Of a DNA stretch of 32,813 nucleotides, positions 11,272-21,100 are shown one piece after another. This DNA is from Chrysochromulina tobinii (Eukaryota), in contig JWZX01001846.1 of the NCBI GenBank assembly GCA_001275005.1, positions 1 to 32,813 of the forward strand, in the 5' to 3' direction. Numbering within the stretch: position 1 is the first letter of the stretch; each line of letters begins with the position of its first letter. The translations under genes and the position numbers were made by a program. The notes under the pieces were generated by a model that saw only the letters and a list, made by a program, of their open reading frames with translations, was not told the DNA's origin and did not search any database.

Positions 11272-11584
11272 AACGGTTTGTAGCGTAGTGGCGGTGTGAG
11301 CGCGTCGTGGCGGTGTGAGCGCGTCAAACCGCGAATTTGCGAATGGCACTGGACTTGCACGTACGTTCGATGACGTCGCAGCGGCAACGCCGAGACGGCT
11401 GCGCTCCGGCGTTGGAGTTAGAAAAAGTACCATACTCTAGCATGACCAGTAGTCAGTACCGTAGCGGGATCGCGAGGTCCGGTACCGCAGCAGGAGAGCA
11501 GGTACAGCCCCATATTACAGTATGGCATGCGCCGATGCAGCTACCGAGTACCGTACCGCCGACTTGACGGGAGTCTAAGTGAAT

Positions 11585-12563
11585 GCCGTACGCCATCGCA
11601 TGCTACATGCTCTAATCACTGACCCGGTTCGCACTAAACGCCAAGCCAGAATCCTAACTCTTGCGCCCGGCAGACGTCTATTTCCACGACCCGCCGCTGG
11701 GCTCGACCGACGACGCGCCCGTGCACATTTCCGCCCGCCTCAGCCCTCACGGTTCCCCGTCACTCGCGCCCTGGCCGCCCACACCACCTTCCTTGCGGCG
11801 GGCAGCAGCTGCAACCCACTGAGCGAATTCCGACGCACTTGGTGGCGTCCAGGTGATTTCCGAGGCGCATTCCTGCTCTTTGAGCTCTGCGGCCTCGTGC
11901 CCGACGCTCGGTCGGCGAGTCAGTCGCTCGACGGACGCCTGCTGTTCGCTGCTGATCTTTCGATGAGACTGGTGGGCTCCGGAGCTGTCGGCCGAGTGGA
12001 GGCGAGCGATTGAACGACTTTGGCTACCGTGCCACGCGACATGTTGCACGACCAGAGGGAGAGTCTGCTTAGCGACGGTGTTCCTGAACCGATCGCGGTC
12101 CGCCTGAAAACGGAGGAGTGGGAGCGTGAGTGTGCGCGTGCGTCGCGCAGTGCAGGGTCATTCGAAACGCCCTGTCGCGCGTCTCCTTCTCCCACTTTGT
12201 GCGCGAATCGCCAAGAGGGGCATCGCGCCTGCTGTACCCTGCTGCTGGTGCTGACGCCGACTTCGAGGTGACGGGTTGCATGTGGACGGACTACTGCTCA
12301 GGATACGGGGTTGATCTCATTGATGCGGGACTCCAGACTTTAGCGTTAATAGGAGACGCGTTGCCCGATTTAGATGCCCGTTTTAGTGGGGTAATTTTCG
12401 CTTCGGGGAGCTTTTTTCGGCATGTATTTCTCATAATTTGAAAAAACTGGGTGAGACTGCCCTGATTCATCGGCGGATTGGCTCTTTTGAGCGGGCGGCG
12501 CTTTTGAGATCACTCGTTCAAACTACACTAAGTCCTCGCTCTCAGTCAGTCAGCTCTCAGTTC
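11585..12563. repeat. Dispersed ~1 kb repeat, copy 2 (exons 12183-12281 and 11747-12103 intact; donor reads AC instead of GC)
   Basis: Direct comparison with 5750-6985. Confidence 0.93.
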
Positions 12564-13074
12564 TCGATTCCTAAACCCTATCGCTATCCATTTGATCATG
12601 TATCCGTCTTTTATCGCGTCCTATGGGCGAAGTCCATGCGCCTTGCGCCACGCCACAATGATGTTGAAACCCCATATAGGGAAACTACCTGACGTGAGTC
12701 CTTGATACCCTCCGCCCAAGGTCAAAATCTCGCGCAGCGCGCGCACGCGCTGTGCGCGTCTATGTGTAGACGACGCCGTACCGTAAAACTAAATCGTACC
12801 CCCGGCGACTGAGGGAACAACATAGTCCTATCGAGACCCGGTAGGACCTCTTCCTTTGCCCGCTTTCCGCACGGCTACCCTCTCTCGTCCATATCGGACG
12901 GACGCACAGTGCACCCTTAGTTTGGGGATCCACCGCAACAAGTATCTTCGGATAGACCGGTAGATATCACCGGCAGGATTGTCCTCAGCCTCCCATGCAG
13001 CATGCACCACACAGGCTCCCCTCCACAAGGGCCCTCTCGCTCCAGGGTGCCAGCGCGCCTCTGCAAGCGCCAGC

Positions 13075-15381
13075 TCAGAGCGTGTGCGTCATCACCGCCT
13101 CGATGCGGCGCGGCTTCTTCGCCGGCGCAGCGAGCGTGTCTGAGGACGGCGGTGCCGCCTCGGTGGTGGCGCACTCGACCTGACGAAACTCGGCAGTGCC
13201 CGCGGACGGCTCCACGGACTCGTCCACCTCGTCCACCTCCGCCGCCGCCGCTGCAGATGCGGCCGGCGCCGGCGGCAGCAAGGGCGGCGCGAGTGACGAC
13301 GAGTCCACGCCATCGAGCGTGTGCGTCATGATGGCCTGCACGCGGCGCGCCTTCTTGAGTGGTGGTTCGGCCGAGGCAGCCTCCGTGCCATCGGCAGCCG
13401 CCTCGCGGGCGCGCACACCCGTGGCGGCTGGCTCGGCGGCAGTGCCGTCGGGCACGAGGCCGCCCGCGCCTGGCGCGGGGGCCGAAGCATCTGCGGCGGC
13501 GGTGGCGGCGGCAGCCTCCAGTTTCACAGCCTCTAATTTCACCGCAGGTGCCGGCATCGCGTCGGCGGTCGCGAGAGGCGTGGAGGCAGCAGCTGGCGCC
13601 GGTGAGGGGCCGGGAGCGGGACCGGGGGTCGCCATTGCCACTGCTGCCGCTTGCTTGGCGATTGGCGCCGTCTTGGGCAGCATGTGGCCTGGGTAGCGGT
13701 CGCGGGCGAGCGGCTTGCCGAGCGCTCGCGGTTTGAAGCGCACGATAGTGCAATAGCCGTCCATCGAGGAGGCGAGGAGGCCGTGGCCGTCGGGGAACCA
13801 CGCGAGATCGGTGAGCGGCGCGTAGTGCGTGTGGCTCGCTATCAACACAGGCTCACGCGCCATTGAGTCGTACACGACGATCGAGTCGAGCGTGGCCACC
13901 GCCCAGAGCATACGGTATGGCAAAGCACGCATCCAGCCGACGCCTGCACCGCCATCTCCGCTCAGTACGGCGCTCACGCCCCCGCCATTCGTGTCCGCTG
14001 CGGCACCTGCCGAGGCGACGTTGCTCGGGGGCGCGGCGTTGGCAGCGGCGCCGTTGGCTGCGGCGGCGCCTACGGCGTTGGCGTCGGCAGCATGCTCAAA
14101 GAGGACGGGGCAGCAGCGTACGGCGATCACGGCCTTGTCGGGCGAGGGCAGGTGCGCGCACGGCGCGGAGTTGCTGAGCGCGAGGCTCGCGCGTGAGAAG
14201 ACGTAGGTCGTCGGGCGCGCCGCTGCCGCCACCCCCCCCTCAAAGTACTGGCCGCTCGGAATGAGTAAGAAGGCACCATCTGGCGACCAGGAGAGGCGCC
14301 GGTAAAAGGAACCGGTCTCGTCGCAGAAGAGGTCGGTGGGCTTGGGCGGCTTGACCTTGGTCGGCTTGAGCGGTGCGGCCACCTCGGCGGAGGCGGCGGG
14401 CGCGAGGGCAGTGGAGCATGAGGATGTTGCTTCCGTGGGCGCAGGCGCCGCAACTGCTGCCGGCGACGACTTTGCCGCAGCGTCGCAGAAGGCGTCCTCC
14501 GCGGCGGCACCATCGGTGGACTCGACGCTCGCCTTGAGCGCGCCGTCATCCTTGGCGCCCGCCACCGACGGCGCCTTTGCGCTGCCAGCGGCCGCCGCGG
14601 GCAGCGCCGATTGCGTGCGCTTGGCGAGGATCGTGTGGGGGCAGAAGGACGCCACATCCCCCTTGGTGGCCACGGCGGCCGTCGCCTCGTCGTCGGCCGC
14701 CTCGTCCTTGGCTGCGCCCTTCTTCTTGCCCTTCTTGATGGCGGGGAGCTGCGCCCGCTCGCTCGCGTACACGTGCGCGGTGCGGTCTTGCGAAATCGAC
14801 ACGATGAACTCGTCCGCCGGGTCCCACGCCACACCCTGCACGTACCCAGTGTGTCCGCCGTTGTGCTCTGTTATTGTCTGCTGCGCCTTGCCCTTGCCCA
14901 CGTTCCACACGATGCTCGTGCCGTCGACGCATCCCGAAAAGAGCGCATCGGCGCGCGGCGACCACGCGAGGTCGTACACGTCCGCGCAGTGCCCGCGCAG
15001 CATACAAACTATCGACCATTCCTTTTGCTGTTGCTGCAATGACGCCGCCGCCGGTTCGCCGAAGGCGGGAGCGCCGCGCACGCCGCGCTCGCGCTCGCGC
15101 CAGAGGACGATGACGCTGTCGTCGCCAGCGGACGCGAGCGTCACGCCGAGTGGGCAGAAGCGCACCACGTTCACCGTCTTCGAGTGGTGCTCGAGCGACT
15201 GTACGAAGTTGATGAGCATGGAGTCGCCTTTGCGCGGGAGGCGCCAGAGGCGCACCTCATTGTCGTTCCCCGCGGTAGCGATGAGCGACGTCGTGGGCGA
15301 CACGTCCACGGACTGGATGGGCTCGCGCGCGTGCCACGCGATCTGCGGCACGTCGACGAGCACCGAGGAGGCATGAATCAT
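13075..15381 (-). CDS. CHAF1B: Chromatin assembly factor 1 subunit B (p60/Cac2/FAS2), WD40 protein
   Basis: QIAWH..EPIQSVD, HSKTVNVVRF, DVYDLAWSP, YVQGVAWDP, LFCDETGSFYRRLSWSPDG, LPYRMLWAVATLDSIVVYD, HYAPLTDLAW and SSMDGYCT. No intron needed. First ATG at 15381. Confidence 0.93.
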   Translation of the reverse strand: MIHASSVLVDVPQIAWHAREPIQSVDVSPTTSLIATAGNDNEVRLWRLPRKGDSMLINFVQSLEHHSKTVNVVRFCPLGVTLASAGDDSVIVLWRERERGVRGAPAFGEPAAASLQQQQKEWSIVCMLRGHCADVYDLAWSPRADALFSGCVDGTSIVWNVGKGKAQQTITEHNGGHTGYVQGVAWDPADEFIVSISQDRTAHVYASERAQLPAIKKGKKKGAAKDEAADDEATAAVATKGDVASFCPHTILAKRTQSALPAAAAGSAKAPSVAGAKDDGALKASVESTDGAAAEDAFCDAAAKSSPAAVAAPAPTEATSSCSTALAPAASAEVAAPLKPTKVKPPKPTDLFCDETGSFYRRLSWSPDGAFLLIPSGQYFEGGVAAAARPTTYVFSRASLALSNSAPCAHLPSPDKAVIAVRCCPVLFEHAADANAVGAAAANGAAANAAPPSNVASAGAAADTNGGGVSAVLSGDGGAGVGWMRALPYRMLWAVATLDSIVVYDSMAREPVLIASHTHYAPLTDLAWFPDGHGLLASSMDGYCTIVRFKPRALGKPLARDRYPGHMLPKTAPIAKQAAAVAMATPGPAPGPSPAPAAASTPLATADAMPAPAVKLEAVKLEAAAATAAADASAPAPGAGGLVPDGTAAEPAATGVRAREAAADGTEAASAEPPLKKARRVQAIMTHTLDGVDSSSLAPPLLPPAPAASAAAAAEVDEVDESVEPSAGTAEFRQVECATTEAAPPSSDTLAAPAKKPRRIEAVMTHTL

Positions 15382-15530
15382 TGCTGCCACACTGTTTTGG
15401 CGCGAATATCAAATCTACTCGCGAATTGCGCAGTGCGTGCACTCACCGCACAAATGCGGAGTCTCGGATCGGAAACGGACACATTATTTGGCTGAACGAG
15501 AGAGTGGATTTCACACCTTCTCTTCCGAAA
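15382..15530. promoter_or_regulatory. Probable short bidirectional promoter region
   Basis: Only 149 bp separate the divergent ATGs of CHAF1B and the Roadblock gene. Confidence 0.5.
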
Positions 15531-16064
15531 ATGTCTATTCACAGTATGGTCGATGGCGAAGATGGGGTCGCGCTGTCCGACGACCTCATTTTCGATCCGC
15601 AGAGTGAGATCGACCGCCTCATGGCACACACGGCCTCATCAACCATCGAGCTGCGTCTCGAGAGGCTCGAAAGAGTTCCTGGTGTTCGTGCCGTGCTCTG
15701 TCTGGACGAGCAAAGTGGTGGAATCATTTATAAGTGCCCAGAGTCCTTTTCGGATTTCGAGGCCGCTCGGCACGCACTGCCGCTGCTCGAGCTATCACGG
15801 CGCTTCCGATCAACCGTCGCCAGCCTCTTGCCTAACGACGACGGACCTGTGCTGCTCAGCGTGCGCACACGACACACTGAGTACGTGCTATGCCCCGATG
15901 CGCTGCACAAGATGGCCGTGTGCGTGGTTCAGGGCCTCACTCCAGACGCTGGAGAAGACGCCGTCACCGCACTTGCGCTACGGCAGCTGCGCATCTGGGA
16001 GCGTACGCGCATTGGGGCGAGCGACCAGACGATTGATTGGCTTTTTGGCAACGCGGACGAGTGA
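15531..16064 (+). CDS. Roadblock/LC7-domain protein (dynein light chain roadblock-like)
   Basis: IELRLERLERVPGVRAVLCLD...LLPNDDGPVLLSVRTRHTEYVLCPD...AVCVVQ follows the LC7/roadblock pattern. Confidence 0.8.
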   Translation: MSIHSMVDGEDGVALSDDLIFDPQSEIDRLMAHTASSTIELRLERLERVPGVRAVLCLDEQSGGIIYKCPESFSDFEAARHALPLLELSRRFRSTVASLLPNDDGPVLLSVRTRHTEYVLCPDALHKMAVCVVQGLTPDAGEDAVTALALRQLRIWERTRIGASDQTIDWLFGNADE

Positions 16065-16307
16065 TACTGTGATAGTACTCAATAGGGACCTACTTTTAAC
16101 TTTAGAAAAACCTAACTTTACCAGCCCCGCGGCATGTCACTCTGATCTCAGTCTGTTCTGTGGAGTTCTGATCCAGTCCAGCACGGCTGCAGGCCGTTCA
16201 ATTGGAAATCTTCTTGTATGTGTGCTGAATATAAACTATAAACGAATACCGCCGTACGGTCAACTAGTACGCTAGGTGAGGACAACGTAGAGCTAAACAC
16301 GGTCAGG

Positions 16308-17798
16308 CTACAGTCCCACGCGGCGGCGCGAGGCCGCCACGTACTCTCTAGTCGCCTGCCGCTGGGCGTCGCGCTCGTTCAGCTCCGAAGCCTCCTGTGA
16401 AGCCCTGCCTGAAGCCTGACGGGCGACACGACCAGAATCTACAAGGCCGAACCTCTCCGGGTACAAGTAGCCCGTCGGCACGGTCTTGAGCGGGTAGCCG
16501 CGATGGAGCAGGTGGCCTTCGAAGCCCAGGGCAGAGCCAGGGTAGAGACCATGCTCGGCGACCTGGGCGGCCTGTGCCATGGCGGCGACCTCTTCAACGG
16601 TCGCAGTTGGCGGCAGCTCCTCGAGATGCGTCTGCAGCTCGAGAGCGATCTGACGAACCTCGTGCAACGCAACATGCAGCCGCTCGGCCGAACCGCTCTC
16701 GCCGCCGCCGCCGCTCTCGCCGCCGCCGCCGCTCTCGCCGCCGCCGCCTCGCTCACGACTGCCGCCTCGCTTGCCGCCGCCGCTCTCGCCGCCGCCGCCT
16801 CGCTCGCGGCTGCCGCCTCGCTCGCCGTGCGCCGGCTTGGAGCGCGCACGCGCCACTTTCCTCGAGGGCGCCGGGCTGGGCGCAGGGCTCTCCCTCGTTG
16901 GAGAGGGGCTCTCTCGGTGGACGCGATCCCACAGGCTGCTGATTAGATCCTCACGCTCCTTCTGCGCAGCTGCAACACGTGCGTCCTCGAGCTGCTTGGG
17001 CGTCTTCTGCCCTGGCAGCCGTTGCCCTTTGGGCATCGGCTTGCGCTTGAGCGTCTCGGGCAGCACGCCTGTGCGCAGGTAAAAGTGCGCCGCACCGTAC
17101 TTGGGATCGGTGCCGATGCGCTGCTGGTGTTCAAGGAGGGCGCGACGGTCGCGTCCGATGTCGCCAGCGGCGGACGTGTCCCCCCGCGGCCCGCGACTGA
17201 GGTGGGGGCTGGCAGACGAGGGGCGGCCAGAGAGTCCGAGGAGGATGGTGGGTCGGCCGCTTGGCGCCGATGGCGGCCGCATCGGCGTTGGCGGGGCCGC
17301 TGGCGAGGCCGCTGACGCATCCACGTCGTCCGGCGCGTCGTCCTCGTGCGTGCTCTCATCGGCATCAGACGCGCCCTCGTCTGGTGCAGGCACAGCGAAC
17401 TGCGCGAGGGGTGCAGCCCACGCGTTCGGCACGAGCGGCTGCGACATGCTCCGGAGCATGACCCGGTTGAGCGTCGTGGCTTGACTGCGGAGCTGCTCCA
17501 CGGCCGCAAAGCAAGGATGATGCGGCCCGGGCGGAAGCAGCTGCGCGCGGGCCCCCGCAGAACTCGGCCGCGGTTGATGTCGAGCCGCGGCTGCTGGGAC
17601 CTGGGTTCTCAAAGCGCTCTGACTGCTGCTCGCGGCCAGAGCCACGTCCGACCTCGTGAGCTGCCACAGGGCCACCGGCGACGCAGCCACCATTTTGACG
17701 TTAGGAGTCATGAGCTGAACCGTGCCGCACTGCTGGTTGAGGAGCCGATGGCGCTCTGGGACGAGCCGGGGCGGGCTCGGCCTGCTCCCGACCGCCAT
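16308..17798 (-). CDS. Low-complexity hypothetical protein (Pro/Ser-rich, RPSSA motifs, GGGGES repeats)
   Basis: Long ORF with the same coding composition as neighbouring genes. Likely ATG at 17798; the upstream part of the 597-aa ORF looks non-coding. Confidence 0.6.
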   Translation of the reverse strand: MAVGSRPSPPRLVPERHRLLNQQCGTVQLMTPNVKMVAASPVALWQLTRSDVALAASSSQSALRTQVPAAAARHQPRPSSAGARAQLLPPGPHHPCFAAVEQLRSQATTLNRVMLRSMSQPLVPNAWAAPLAQFAVPAPDEGASDADESTHEDDAPDDVDASAASPAAPPTPMRPPSAPSGRPTILLGLSGRPSSASPHLSRGPRGDTSAAGDIGRDRRALLEHQQRIGTDPKYGAAHFYLRTGVLPETLKRKPMPKGQRLPGQKTPKQLEDARVAAAQKEREDLISSLWDRVHRESPSPTRESPAPSPAPSRKVARARSKPAHGERGGSRERGGGGESGGGKRGGSRERGGGGESGGGGESGGGGESGSAERLHVALHEVRQIALELQTHLEELPPTATVEEVAAMAQAAQVAEHGLYPGSALGFEGHLLHRGYPLKTVPTGYLYPERFGLVDSGRVARQASGRASQEASELNERDAQRQATREYVAASRRRVGL

Positions 17799-18145
17799 TG
17801 TTGTGAATGGAGAAACCGTGGAAACTGCCGGTGCTTGAAAAAAGCTAAAAGGGGCCCCCGGGGTCTCCTGCGGAGGCGGGGGGGGCAAGGGGCGCGCGTA
17901 TTGCGCGGAGCGCCCCCCACCTGAAAAAAGGGACGGAGCCCCCACCTGAAAAAAATTAGGAAAATGAAAAGCGTCGGAGATCCGCACATCCGCTCCTCGA
18001 AAACGTCGGGTCAGCTCAGAACAACTGGTGAAGCTCGCCGCCGAGAACATGCCACGGCACCTCTTGAAAGGACATGTCAGACATGTATCACGTTTGGGCA
18101 CGCACCCGTGGACCCGAGGCGCGTTACATCTTACAACCCCGGCAC

Positions 18146-21100
18146 CTATTGATTGACCCCTTTAAGCACAGGCTCTGATGCCGGCGTGGTGGCCGTCGCG
18201 AGCGCCGCTGTCGCCAGCCGCGCCGCCTGGCGGAGCATCGTCACGATGGCCTCCGGGCGGCCGACGCCCGCCTCGAGCGCCACCTTGCGATCAGCCGCCT
18301 CGCGCAGCAGCACGTCGCAGCTCTCCCTGGCGACCAGATGCCAGACCGTCGTCGACGCCGTCTGGCCGATTCGGGCGACGCGCGCGGCCGCTTGCTCCTC
18401 GAGGAGCGCCGAGTTGAGCACGTCGACGAACACGACGTGCTGTGCGCACGTGAGCGTCAGGCCGGCAGCGCTCTGGCCTGCATCCAGGAGCATCACACGG
18501 CATCGGGCGTCGTCAGATAAGTCATCGGGCGTCATCAGAAGTCATCAGAAGTCATCACACCTGCATCCAGGAGCATCACACGGCATCGGGCGTCGTCAGA
18601 TAAGTCATCGGGCGTCATCAGAAGTCATCAGAAGTCATCACACCTGCATCCAGGAGCATCACACGGCATCGGGCGTCCGTCCGAAAGGTATCGACGGGCT
18701 CGGCGAGGGTGGCGCCCGCGACGGCGCCCGCGACGGCGCCTGCCGCCGCGCTCGCCTTCTTCCACTCGGGGCGCCACCACGAGTCCTCCTTGAGTGAGAT
18801 GGTGCCGATGGCTGCGCGCTGTAGCACGTGGCCGATGAGCGGGAGCGCGTCGGGGAAGCGTGTGAACACGACCGCCTTCTCGGCGGGAGGGAGCTCGTCG
18901 CGCAGCAGCCGAACGAGCGCACGCAGCTTGCTGCTGCCGGCTTCGAGCCCAGGCCATTCACACCTCGCACTCGCCTTCACAGCCTCGAGCCCAGGCCATT
19001 CACAGCTCGCATCGTGAGAGGAGCTCGCGCCGTCTTGGGCGTGCTCGGCGCCGTACTGGGCGTGCTCTGCCTCGGCCAGCGCACGCACCTGTGGGGAAGT
19101 GAGAACGTCGTAGTGAGCACATGCATGCCGGGCGGGGGCAGGTGGCTCAGCGCACACACGCGGTCGAGGCGTCGTGGTGAGCACATGCATGCTGGGGCGG
19201 GGGCAGGTGGCCCAGCGCACACACCCGGTCGAAGCGTCGCTTGGTAGCGTCCGTGTGCGCCGCGAGTCGTCGACGCGACTCCTCATTCCGCTGCTCGCGC
19301 TCGTGCGCGTCGCGGGCGAGCGCGGCGCGCTTCTCGGCACCTGTGGGGAAGTGAGAGCGTCGTGGTGAGCACATGCATGCTGGGCGGGAGCGCATCGCGG
19401 GCGAGCGCGGCGTGCTTCTCGGCACCGATCGTGCGAAGATGCCGACGGAGCTCTGCCGGTGCGCAGCTCAGCGCCATCCACGGCGGTGCGGCGCGCCGCC
19501 CGAGGCGAGCTCGCTCCTGCGCCGCACGTAGCCACCCGAGGATGAGCTGCTGGTCGGCGGCGGCGCTCGCGACGGCGCTCTCTCGAAGGCTGTCAGGTAC
19601 CCTCTCGCCGAGCAGGTGGAAGACGAGGCGGGAAGGGAGCGGTGCCTCCCATCCCGACCACTCTCGAGATTGCATCTCGGCGAGGCTGTGCGGCCCGAGG
19701 AGCTTCTCGGCTGCCTCGCGCACGGCCTGTCAATAGTCGGCCACGCCTTGCGTCTCAGAGGCAATCAAAGGCAATCAGATGGGATCAGAGGCAATCAGAG
19801 GCTATCAGAGGCAATCGGAGGCAATCAGAGGCAATCAGAGGCAATCAGATGGGATCAGAGGCAATCAGAGGCCATTAAAGGCCATCAGAGGTCATCCGCG
19901 CGCCTGCTTCTCCCGGTACAGGTCGCTCAGCACGGCGCCCAGCGCGTACAAGAAGCGTGTCGCGCGCCCGCCCGACGGGTTCGCAAGGATGCGGATCGCC
20001 ACGTCATCCACCCGCCACATCTCCGAGATGCCCTGCTTGTACTTCGTCAGCTCCTCGTCTGTCAGTCGCTCCTGATGAGGGAGGTCATCAGAGGTCATCA
20101 GCATCCATCAGGTGCAATCAGGGGGACCATCAGGGGACCATCAGGGGGACCATCAGAGGCCATCAGAGGTCGGGTCTCCCCCTCCCGCCATCAGAGGCCA
20201 TCAGCGGCCATCAGAGGCCATCAGAGGCCATCAGAGGTCGGGTCTCCCCCTCCCGCCAGACGCCAGATCGAACCAGATCGAACCTCGGTCATTCGAGACG
20301 AGAGCCCTGATGAGGGAGGCAATCAATTACGCCATCAGACGCAATCAGAACGAACCTTGGTCATTCGAAACGAGAGTAGCGGCGCCACGTCAGCCCAGCG
20401 CGTGCGCTCGCTCAACGGCTCCAACGGCTGCCCGCAGTACGACCACGCATCCCAGCAGGGGAGGCCGTCGTCGTCGTCGTCGTCGTCTCGCTCGCTGCTG
20501 CTGCTGAGTCGAGAGCTGGCGCCGCCCGTGGTGCCCACCACGGCGCCACCCGCGGTGCCCACCACAGCGCCACCCACAGCGCCACTCGTGGTGTCCACTA
20601 CGGCGCCACCCACGGTGCCCACCACAGCGCCACTCGTGGTGCCCACCACAGCACCACTCGTGGTGCCCACCACAGCACCACTCGTGGTGCCCACCACAGC
20701 ACCACTCGTGGTGCCCACCACAGCGTCCGGATCCCACAGCCGCAAAAAGTGCGTCAGGATGCGCCGTACGCCATCCGAATTATCCGTCGACGTCGCCCAC
20801 TCGGCCCACTCGCTCCGCCAGCCCGAGCTCGCGGCGCCAACGGCCGGCTGCGGGCTCGGCTCGGGGCAGAGGGTGAGGTGGCGGAGCACCTGTGGGGAAG
20901 TGGGAGCGTCGTGGTGAGCACGTGCATGCTGGGCGGGGGCAGAGGGCGAGGTGGCGGAGTACCACATCGATGGCGCGATTCGTCAGGGCTCGTCTGGCCT
21001 CGATGGCCGCGTCCACGTGTGCCGTGCTGCCAAGCTCGATCGCCCGCCGTCCCCCCCACGCCCGTTCGAGGGCGGGCGGCGAGACTGGCTGCGTAGCTCC

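Noticed and set aside
11288..11325. 19-bp tandem duplication after the dPGM stop codon
   Set aside because: Ordinary slippage duplication with no cassette.
5750..12563. LTR retrotransposon (direct repeats flanking an internal region)
   Set aside because: The interior encodes a hydrolase and dPGM rather than gag/pol, and I see no TG...CA ends, PBS or TSD.
19616..20917. 433-aa plus-strand ORF with SEAIRGNQR repeats
   Set aside because: Antisense translation of satellite introns and SNF2 exons.
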